This document shows, one piece after another, positions 15,998 to 22,989 of a stretch of DNA of 61,005 nt; the first letter of the stretch is position 1; the number at the start of each line of letters is the position of its first letter. The notes beneath the pieces are model-generated. The model had not been told where the DNA came from. It saw nothing but the letters and a program-made list of their open reading frames with translations, and did no database searches. The stretch spans positions 9,060 through 70,064 of the forward strand of contig JBBTVG010000003.1 of assembly GCA_038063375.1 (NCBI GenBank), written 5' to 3'. Made by a program: the position numbers and the translations under genes. Source of the DNA: Patescibacteria group bacterium (lineage in GTDB: Bacteria; Patescibacteriota; Minisyncoccia; Phycocordibacterales; JANLHH01).

Positions 15998-16073
15998 GCT
16001 CACTTTTGTTGCCAAGTGCTACCCTTAACAACATGAGCTTGGAGCTTTAGCGGCACCGAAAGGTGCTATGCCA

Positions 16074-16118
16074 TTTTTCACTACGGGGCTTGCCTTGCGG
16101 TTTAATGCCCTTTATAAT
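16074..16118 (+). promoter_or_regulatory. promoter TTGCCT-N17-TATAAT with a shared 20-nt upstream box
   Basis: The -35 box is at 16090-16095 and the -10 box at 16113-16118. TTTTTCACTACGGGGCTTGC (16074-16093) is identical to 53432-53451. The spacer plus -10 (GCTTGC..TGCGGTTTAATGCCCTTTATAAT) is 28/31 identical to 59066-59096. Confidence 0.55.
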
Positions 16119-16127
16119 ATTGGGAAT

Positions 16128-16349
16128 ATGCTGAAGAAATTTTTAATGAAAAAAATGATGAAGTCCCAGCTTAAAAATGTGCCGGAAGACCAGCAGGAGA
16201 AGATACTGAAAGCAGTCGAAGAGAACCCCGATCTGTTTCAAAGCATCGGTCTGGAGATACAGGCAAAGATGAAGGAAGGGAAGGACCAGATGTCCGCGAC
16301 GATGGAGGTTATACACAACCACCAAGAGGAACTGCGCAACATAATGTGA
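16128..16349 (+). CDS. small Lys/Glu-rich hypothetical protein (73 aa)
   Basis: The ATG lies 9 nt after the TATAAT box and has no Shine-Dalgarno sequence. The track start at 16068 would overlap the promoter. Confidence 0.5.
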   Translation: MLKKFLMKKMMKSQLKNVPEDQQEKILKAVEENPDLFQSIGLEIQAKMKEGKDQMSATMEVIHNHQEELRNIM

Positions 16350-16361
16350 TAGCATTTAATC

Positions 16362-16865
16362 ATGGAGTGGCACACTTTTTTAATAGTTGTTCACCTCATT
16401 GGCGCCGCTCTTGGTGTCGGCGGGGCGACATTTGCGGAAATTTTTCTTCTCAAAGCGGTGCGAGACGGGGAAATTGATCCCGTTGAAAGCAGTTTCATGC
16501 AAGTAACTTACCGCGTCGTGCGGGTGGGGCTCTTCCTTTTGATACTTTCCGGTTTCGGATTTCTTATTTTGTATCGTTTCACCGGTCTGGAAGAACGCTT
16601 GTATAGTCCGCTTTTGTGGTCGAAACTGAGTATTGTGGTAGTGATCCTTATTAACGCCATCCTTTTGCAAGCACGGCATATTCCGCTTTGGCTCGGCAGC
16701 GCGCTTTCTTTTGCCTCATGGTACGCGGCAATGCTCATTCTCCCCCTACGTTCAGCAATCATGCCGATTTCATATCTTGAGATAATGGGGTGGTACGTCG
16801 TTTCTGTCGCGGTCGTCGCCGTTGCCTTGAGCATTATCAGAAGATCTCTGGGTATTAAATTTTAA
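16362..16865 (+). CDS. integral membrane protein (4-5 TM helices)
   Basis: Hydrophobic profile. It is tightly packed with the next two ORFs. Confidence 0.6.
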   Translation: MEWHTFLIVVHLIGAALGVGGATFAEIFLLKAVRDGEIDPVESSFMQVTYRVVRVGLFLLILSGFGFLILYRFTGLEERLYSPLLWSKLSIVVVILINAILLQARHIPLWLGSALSFASWYAAMLILPLRSAIMPISYLEIMGWYVVSVAVVAVALSIIRRSLGIKF

Positions 16866-16867
16866 AT

Positions 16868-17323
16868 ATGAGCACATTTCTTGGATACATGCTTGTCGCG
16901 CACATCATTTTAGGCCTCATCGGTATCGGGGCGTTCTACGCTGTGTGGATGGGGCTTTTAAAAAAAGTTCCGAAACTTGCCTTTTTGTTCTGGGCATCCC
17001 TGCTTGGCTTTCTTTCTTTCATCGCTTCGTGGCTCACGGGCGGATATTATTACGTGGAGTATTATGGAGGAGCGGTGAAGCCCATTATCAAGGCGGGTGA
17101 ATATCCGTGGGCGCACCTTGTGGTGATGGAAGCAAAAGAACATATCTTCTTGTTTTTGCCGATCCTTGCGACGCTTGTTTTCCTCTCGTTGGCACTTTTG
17201 AAAGAGACCGCACTTCTCAATCAAGGGATCAGAAAAGCGCTTGCGTACGTTGTAGGATTCATTGTTATCGCGGGTATCGCCATTACGCTTGGGGGAATGC
17301 TGATATCAGGCGCAGTGAGATAA
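16868..17323 (+). CDS. integral membrane protein (4 TM helices)
   Basis: Hydrophobic profile, with a 2-nt gap after the previous ORF. Confidence 0.6.
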   Translation: MSTFLGYMLVAHIILGLIGIGAFYAVWMGLLKKVPKLAFLFWASLLGFLSFIASWLTGGYYYVEYYGGAVKPIIKAGEYPWAHLVVMEAKEHIFLFLPILATLVFLSLALLKETALLNQGIRKALAYVVGFIVIAGIAITLGGMLISGAVR

Positions 17324-17333
17324 TCTAATACAT

Positions 17334-17657
17334 ATGGACAAAAAATTAAAAATCGTCAATTCATTTATCGCCGGAGCTATTGTTGCGAGCGCATTTATTG
17401 CCGGGGCAACGATCGGCGGGGAATTATATAAACCGTTTAAAGATTGGCTCGCAGGGACGTTTTACCATCATTGGGTTGGGAAAGGCGTCTTGTCGGTTCT
17501 AATCTTCTTGGCAGTCGCTTTTGTGCACGGATTTATCGTAAAACATCCGACCGAAGAGCGCGTGCACAAGTCTCTCCTGGTACTCTTTGGCGTCCTCGTA
17601 CTTTCTTCACTTTCTATCTTGCTCTTTTTCCTGTATGAGTTTAAGATAAGTCATTAA
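17334..17657 (+). CDS. small integral membrane protein (3 TM helices)
   Basis: Hydrophobic profile. Confidence 0.55.
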   Translation: MDKKLKIVNSFIAGAIVASAFIAGATIGGELYKPFKDWLAGTFYHHWVGKGVLSVLIFLAVAFVHGFIVKHPTEERVHKSLLVLFGVLVLSSLSILLFFLYEFKISH

Positions 17658-17682
17658 CTAGAATAAGTAACAGAAGAAAGGT

Positions 17683-18261
17683 ATGGAAAAAAAGAAGGTG
17701 TTGGTATTTTTAGGACAAGAGGACAGCGAGACACTTTCGGGTTTCCTTGCGGACAGCTATGAACAGGGCGCGAAGGATGCAGGTCACGAAGTCAAAAGAA
17801 TAAATATTGGTGATCTCAAATTTGATCCACTATTACACAAAGGATACAAAGAGATCCAGGAGCTTGAGCCTGACCTCATACGCGTACAAGAAGAGATGAA
17901 GTGGGCTGATCACGTTGCTCTTTTTTATCCCAATTGGTGGGGTACCATGCCTGCGATACTCAAAGGCATGTTTGATCGGATGTTTCTTCCGGGCTTTGCT
18001 TTCAAGTTCCACAAGAATTCGTGGGGGTGGGATAGGCTCCTGAAAGGCAGAAGCGCGCGTGTCTTTATCACCATGAACAGAAATCCATTTTTGATGTGGA
18101 TTCTTTATGGAGACAACAGCAATGAGATTGAGAGAAATATTTTGAAATTTGCCGGTTTCTCGGTGCGACTCACAGAGATCGGTCCTGTGAAAAATATGAG
18201 CGACAAGAAACGGGATGCCCTCAAGAAAAAGACATACGAGTTCGGTAAAAAAGCACAATAA
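17683..18261 (+). CDS. flavodoxin-like fold NAD(P)H (quinone) oxidoreductase family protein
   Basis: KVLVFLGQ...WADHVALFYPNWWGTMPAILKGMFDRMFLPGFAFKF is typical of the Flavodoxin_2 / MdaB-YwrO-type family. Confidence 0.75.
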   Translation: MEKKKVLVFLGQEDSETLSGFLADSYEQGAKDAGHEVKRINIGDLKFDPLLHKGYKEIQELEPDLIRVQEEMKWADHVALFYPNWWGTMPAILKGMFDRMFLPGFAFKFHKNSWGWDRLLKGRSARVFITMNRNPFLMWILYGDNSNEIERNILKFAGFSVRLTEIGPVKNMSDKKRDALKKKTYEFGKKAQ

Positions 18262-18295
18262 CAAAGACACTCTATGTAAATAGAGCCCCCCGTGC

Positions 18296-18324
18296 CGGGA
18301 TTTGCTCTTTTGTGGTGTATGTTG
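18296..18324 (+). repeat. direct repeat A flanking the AT-rich toxin-antitoxin/hydrolase islet
   Basis: CGGGATTTGCTCTTTTGTGGTGTATGTTG is 24/29 identical to 19890-19918 in the same orientation. Confidence 0.45.
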
Positions 18325-18384
18325 TTAACCCTCTTGACTTATCAGTTAACAATTGTTAACCTTATTATTTACTTAGGTTAACAA
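18322..18384 (+). promoter_or_regulatory. operator array of GTTAAC palindromes overlapping a TTGACT -35 box
   Basis: The sites are TTGTTAAC (18322), the perfect 16-bp palindrome GTTAACAATTGTTAAC (18345-18360) and GTTAACAA (18377), arranged symmetrically. TTGACT is at 18334-18339. The array lies directly upstream of the HTH gene. Confidence 0.6.
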
Positions 18385-18392
18385 GCAAATTC

Positions 18393-18674
18393 ATGGAAAA
18401 TACAGGTAAAAAAGCAATATATATCTCTGTTGCAGAGCTTGCGGAAATGCTAGGTATTAGTCGTGTTGCTGTTTTTAAGAAAATCAAAAAAGGCCAAATT
18501 CCCGCTGAAAAGATTGGTCGTTCTTATGCTATTTCCATGGAACACGTTAGTGAATTGGTTAGTGATGTAAGTTCTCCTGTTTTAACTGATGAAAAAAAAG
18601 AGGAGATAAAAAAGGCAGTAGAAAAAGTTGTGAAAGAGTACGGAGAAACACTACGCCTTCTCGGTAAAGAATGA
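18393..18674 (+). CDS. excisionase/MerR-type HTH protein, probable antitoxin of the Doc pair
   Basis: The HTH is ISVAELAEMLGISRVAVFKKIKKGQIPAEKIGRSYAI. It has a 4-nt ATGA overlap with the downstream Doc-like gene. Confidence 0.65.
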   Translation: MENTGKKAIYISVAELAEMLGISRVAVFKKIKKGQIPAEKIGRSYAISMEHVSELVSDVSSPVLTDEKKEEIKKAVEKVVKEYGETLRLLGKE

Positions 18675-19108
18675 ATATGAAATTTAAAAGACTTACAATC
18701 ATTGATATTGAGTATGTTGCTCATAGTTTGGCAAAAGAAACAATGACATGGTCAGAACCAATTCCTGATTTTAGCACGCGATACACGAACTCATTAGAAA
18801 GATGTATTGAAACTCCATTTCAATCTTTTGGCGGTAAACAATTATACCCCGGACTTTTGAAGAAAGCTTCCATCCTTTTTTATCTCATGGTAAAAAATCA
18901 CCCATTTCAGAATGGCAATAAACGTATCGCCATGACAACATTATTTTATTTTTTATTTCAAAATAAAAAGTGGCTTAAAGTAGATAACCAAGAATTGTAT
19001 AATTTTGCCCGCTGGGTTGCGGAAAGTAATGCCAAACTCAAAGACGATACAGTTAGTGCTATTGAGACCTTTTTATCATCTTATCTTGTAGACCTTAAAA
19101 ATAAGTAA
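18671..19108 (+). CDS. doc: Fic/Doc family toxin (death-on-curing-like)
   Basis: The core motif HPFQNGNKRIAMTT matches the Doc variant of the Fic motif. Confidence 0.75.
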   Translation: MNMKFKRLTIIDIEYVAHSLAKETMTWSEPIPDFSTRYTNSLERCIETPFQSFGGKQLYPGLLKKASILFYLMVKNHPFQNGNKRIAMTTLFYFLFQNKKWLKVDNQELYNFARWVAESNAKLKDDTVSAIETFLSSYLVDLKNK

Positions 19109-19134
19109 AATATTATGTCGTCTTTTTAACAAAA

Positions 19135-19842
19135 ATGGAAGATCGTATCAAATGCGGGTCAAAAACACTCAATATACATATAGTGAATTCTGGTCAATTT
19201 AAACTGTGTATATTATTTCTTTCAGGCGGTGTCACTAAGTTAGGCAAAGAGCGTTACTACGAATGGCAGGAGAACTTAAAGTCTCTCGGCATTAGCTCTG
19301 TGAGTTTTGATTACTCAGGAGTGAATGGTTCTGGTGATTTGCTTAAAAGAAGTTCCCTTGAGTCAAGGGTTGAGGAAGGAGCTTTCGTGGCAGATTGGAT
19401 GAAAAATCATATCTGCGCTGAACACTACATACTCTACGGAGTAAGTATGGGTGGTTACATAGCTCTTGGTTTGACTGCAAAGAGACCAGGCATATTTAAA
19501 AAGTTGATTCTCCACGCACCAGCCGCTTACCCTTTGAAAGCTCATGGTATACCCTTTGGAGAACAGTTTACGGAAGAAATAAAAAGGGGAAGCAACCGGG
19601 AAGACTCACTCTCATTTGACTGGTTGAGGGAATATGATAAACCAACTTTGCTTATAGAATCAGAGAATGACGAAGTGATACCGGAGCAAATTATTGAAAG
19701 GTATAGAACGATCAAGGGAGAAGACAAGGATTTTAAAACCCTTTCATTAAAAGATGCCCCCCATGATCTGTGGGGAAATGCATCCGAAAGTATCCAATTC
19801 AGAAACGAAATATACAATATGTTACTAAGTTTTATTAAGTAG
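19135..19842 (+). CDS. alpha/beta hydrolase
   Basis: The nucleophile elbow is YGVSMGG, with C-terminal ENDEVIP and APHDLW segments. Confidence 0.7.
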   Translation: MEDRIKCGSKTLNIHIVNSGQFKLCILFLSGGVTKLGKERYYEWQENLKSLGISSVSFDYSGVNGSGDLLKRSSLESRVEEGAFVADWMKNHICAEHYILYGVSMGGYIALGLTAKRPGIFKKLILHAPAAYPLKAHGIPFGEQFTEEIKRGSNREDSLSFDWLREYDKPTLLIESENDEVIPEQIIERYRTIKGEDKDFKTLSLKDAPHDLWGNASESIQFRNEIYNMLLSFIK

Positions 19843-19889
19843 GTTTATGATTATTGACAGGATAACAATTAAGTACATCCCACCTCTGG

Positions 19890-19918
19890 CGGGATCTGCT
19901 CTTTTATAGTATATTTTG
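19890..19918 (+). repeat. direct repeat B flanking the AT-rich islet, immediately upstream of ychF
   Basis: CGGGATCTGCTCTTTTATAGTATATTTTG. See 18296-18324. Confidence 0.45.
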
Positions 19919-19922
19919 CCTC

Positions 19923-21026
19923 ATGTCGCTTTCTATTGGAATTGTAGGATTACCGAATGTCGGGAAATCAACCCTCTTCAACGCGCTTACCCAAAAAGCG
20001 GTTCCCGCGGAGAATTATCCGTTTTGCACCATTGATCCGTCGGTCGGTGTTGTCGCTGTGCCGGATGAGCGATTGGCTAAACTTTCGGAATTTTCAAAGT
20101 CGGCGAAAACAATCCCCGCGGCGATTGAGTTTGTGGATATCGCTGGGCTTGTGAAAGGGGCCGCGGAAGGCGAAGGACTTGGCAACCAATTCCTTTCAAA
20201 CATCAGAGAAGTGGACGCGATCGCCGAAGTGGTGCGTATCTTTGAAGATTCCAATGTGACGCACGTGGAGGGAGAAATAGACCCGTCTCGTGACATAGAG
20301 ATCATCAATCTTGAGCTTATTCTCGCCGATATGCAAACACTCGGGAAGCGTCTTGGTAATATTGAACGAGACGTAAAGCGCGGCGATAAAGCGGCTGCTC
20401 TGGAGAAAGAGGTGCTCAAAAAAGTTGAAAAAACGCTGGAGGAAGGGAAGCTTGCCAATTCGGTTTCTTTGGGGGAAAAAGAGAAGGAGGCTATTCAGAG
20501 TATGCATCTTCTCACCATGAAACCGATCCTTTATATTTTGAACAAAAAGTCCGGAGGAAAAAATTTGGATGAGACGAATGATGAACGATATCAAAAACTT
20601 TTAGCGCTTTTTAAGGAAATTGGCGCTCAGTACGTGGTGGTTGATGCCGGCATTGAACATGAGCTCTCGGGTATTGAAGGAGAAGATCGCGCGGTGTTCA
20701 GAAAAGAACTTGGCGCAGAGGAAGGCAGTGACGGCATTGATATGCTCATACGCGGAAGCTATGAGTTGCTCGGACTGATCACCTATTTTACGACCGGGGA
20801 AGATGAGACGAGAGGCTGGACCATCAAAAAAGACTCCGCGGCGCCAGTGGCGGGTATGGCGATACACACCGATTTTCGCGATAAATTTATCCGCGCCGAA
20901 GTGATCAATTGGCAAGATCTTCTTTCTGCCGGGTCAATGGGGAAAGCCCGCGAGCAAGGACTACTTCGCACCGAAGGAAAAGAATACGTAGTGAAAGACG
21001 GAGACGTGGTGGAATTCAAGATCTAG
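19923..21026 (+). CDS. ychF: ribosome-binding ATPase YchF
   Basis: GIVGLPNVGKSTLFNALT P-loop, a full-length OBG-type architecture and a C-terminal VKDGDVVEFK segment. Confidence 0.92.
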   Translation: MSLSIGIVGLPNVGKSTLFNALTQKAVPAENYPFCTIDPSVGVVAVPDERLAKLSEFSKSAKTIPAAIEFVDIAGLVKGAAEGEGLGNQFLSNIREVDAIAEVVRIFEDSNVTHVEGEIDPSRDIEIINLELILADMQTLGKRLGNIERDVKRGDKAAALEKEVLKKVEKTLEEGKLANSVSLGEKEKEAIQSMHLLTMKPILYILNKKSGGKNLDETNDERYQKLLALFKEIGAQYVVVDAGIEHELSGIEGEDRAVFRKELGAEEGSDGIDMLIRGSYELLGLITYFTTGEDETRGWTIKKDSAAPVAGMAIHTDFRDKFIRAEVINWQDLLSAGSMGKAREQGLLRTEGKEYVVKDGDVVEFKI

Positions 21027-21037
21027 CACCATTGAAC

Positions 21038-21107
21038 CCCCATTGGACGTCCGACGTCCAATGGGGTGTGTGCAAAGAAAAATCCCCGTGTCTTCACACG
21101 GGGATTT
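21038..21107 (+). terminator. tandem terminator hairpins after ychF
   Basis: CCCCATTGGACG / CGTCCAATGGGG (21038-21066) and AAATCCCCGTG / CACGGGGATTT (21080-21107). Confidence 0.7.
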
Positions 21108-21126
21108 GGATAAAGCAGGAGCGTAA

Positions 21127-21237
21127 TTATCGATAGTTGTACATTTCCCTCATCGGATCTTCGTTACGTGTCCGCCACTTTTTGCAAGACACAGTTTGGC
21201 AAAAAACCTTCCATCCCAAACGAAAACGATACTTCAT
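21127..21237 (-). CDS. candidate small ORF (36 aa), MKYRFRLGWKVFCQTVSCKKWRTRNEDPMREMYNYR
   Basis: An AAGGAGAAGG ribosome-binding site precedes the ATG, and it lies downstream of the gene at 21322-21792. It is below the ORF-track size cut-off. I recognise no homology. Confidence 0.2.
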   Translation of the reverse strand: MKYRFRLGWKVFCQTVSCKKWRTRNEDPMREMYNYR

Positions 21238-21321
21238 GGCCGCCTTCTCCTTTTTAGTGTTATCTTCGCTATAGAGAACTACCACTTAAAGCATACATCA
21301 TTATGTAATGTATGTCAATCA

Positions 21322-21792
21322 TTACTTGAGCGTGGCGGTGAGAAAGTTGTAATCTACTAATACACGTTCAATGACTTGTTTTTCACCGTCCTTTGTGTCG
21401 TACGTTGTTCGGTAGACCTCGCGATAAGCCACATCCACCGTCTTGCCCTTGTGGTTCTTAAGTTTTTCGTAGGTTTCCTTCCGGGTGATGATGAATTGAC
21501 CGTGCTGGCACTTAAAAACAATTGCGAATTTTTCGGGCACCGTTACGCTACTGATCTGAAGACCGCCACCGAGTACGATACCAAAGTTACCGCCGAAGTC
21601 CATACCTATCGGCCCCGGCCCAGTCTTAATGAGAGTGAGACCGAGTTCGGCGTTGTGTCGAGATGGAGTGTAGACCGTCTCGATGATCACCGCATCTTCG
21701 TGTAAAGTGTCCGAAAATTCTCGCTTGATCTCCTTACAACCGGTCGAGAGGAGAACAATTCCACAGACAAAAACCGCCACAAAGTTTCTCAT
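21322..21792 (-). CDS. probable lipoprotein, function unknown
   Basis: Signal peptide MRNFVAVFVCGIVLLSTGC with a lipobox-like Cys, and an AGGAGG ribosome-binding site upstream. Confidence 0.6.
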   Translation of the reverse strand: MRNFVAVFVCGIVLLSTGCKEIKREFSDTLHEDAVIIETVYTPSRHNAELGLTLIKTGPGPIGMDFGGNFGIVLGGGLQISSVTVPEKFAIVFKCQHGQFIITRKETYEKLKNHKGKTVDVAYREVYRTTYDTKDGEKQVIERVLVDYNFLTATLK

Positions 21793-21931
21793 TCGCCCAA
21801 CCTCCTTTCAAGGAATGATAATTAATCTAATTATAGAATGACAAATATAAATGGATTTGTCAATAGTCACCCTTGAATCTTCTTTAGGGAGTTATATACT
21901 GTAACCATTAACTATAAGTACCTCTTTATCT

Positions 21932-22912
21932 ATGGAACCAGCAATTACGCAAAAACCTAGAACGACACCGAAGGACTTCTTTCTTCATTTGGGCGCGATT
22001 GTGGCGCTGTATATAAGCATCATAAGCGTTCTTACGCTCCTGTTTGAGATTATTAACCAGCTCTATCCTCAGCCGTTTGGATACACGGACCCTTACGCGA
22101 GCGGCGTCTCCTTGGCGATGTCGATGCTTATCGTCGCGTTCCCGCTATACGTTCTTTTTATGCGTGTCATTTCCGGTGTAGAGAGATCTTCCCCTGAAAA
22201 ACGCGAGCTTTCGGTGCGCAAGTGGCTTATCTATCTCACGCTTTTTCTCGCGGGAGTAGTTATCGCAGTTGATCTTATCGTGCTTCTACAAAAATTCTTC
22301 GCGGGGGAAGAAATCACCATTGCGTTTGCTCTGAAAGTCCTTTCTATCGTTGTTGTCCTTGTGGCGGTATTCGGCTACTATCTCTACGACATTAAACACG
22401 ATCAAGGCGAGGGAGCGAAAATACGAAGACTCTCCGCATATGGCGCCGGTGCTTTCGCTATTCTTGCGATTGCAATCGGATTTTTAGTGATGGGGTCGCC
22501 TTACACACAGAGAGAAAAGCGCTTTGACGCGGATCGCGTGACTGACCTTCAAAGCATTCAATATCAAGTTGTTTATTATTGGCAAAGCAAAGAAAAATTG
22601 CCGGTAACACTTGACGATCTCAAGGATCCGATAAGCGGCTTTGTCCTTCCTATGGATCCGGCAACTGACGCTTCCTACGAATACGTGCTGACAGGGGAAC
22701 TCTCATTCCAATTGTGCGCAACATTCACCAGAGAAACACCGACAGGCGTAAGCTTACAAGAATACACTACCCCGCAGGCGTATCCGTATAAAAACGGGCT
22801 CAATGAAAATTGGCAACATGGAGTGGGGAGAGTATGTTTTGACCGTACTATTGATCCGGAGCTGTATCCTCCGCGGAGCGTGACGGAAAAAAATATTCCG
22901 GCGAGCAGGTGA
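21932..22912 (+). CDS. DUF5671-like membrane protein with a pilin-like C-terminal globular domain
   Basis: The N-terminal DFFLHLGAIVALYISIISVLTLLFE segment is followed by 4-5 TM helices. The C-terminal segment is SIQYQVVYYWQSKEKLPVTLDDL...PMDPATDASYEY...FQLCATF. Confidence 0.5.
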   Translation: MEPAITQKPRTTPKDFFLHLGAIVALYISIISVLTLLFEIINQLYPQPFGYTDPYASGVSLAMSMLIVAFPLYVLFMRVISGVERSSPEKRELSVRKWLIYLTLFLAGVVIAVDLIVLLQKFFAGEEITIAFALKVLSIVVVLVAVFGYYLYDIKHDQGEGAKIRRLSAYGAGAFAILAIAIGFLVMGSPYTQREKRFDADRVTDLQSIQYQVVYYWQSKEKLPVTLDDLKDPISGFVLPMDPATDASYEYVLTGELSFQLCATFTRETPTGVSLQEYTTPQAYPYKNGLNENWQHGVGRVCFDRTIDPELYPPRSVTEKNIPASR

Positions 22913-22939
22913 TTTTGCGAGAAAACTGCTTTCCACGGG

Positions 22940-22977
22940 ACAAACAAAAAGCCCTTTAACGAGGGCTTTTTGTTTGT
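22940..22977 (+). terminator. rho-independent terminator
   Basis: ACAAACAAAAAGCCC / GGGCTTTTTGTTTGT hairpin. Confidence 0.8.
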
Positions 22978-22989
22978 TATAGTAAAGAG

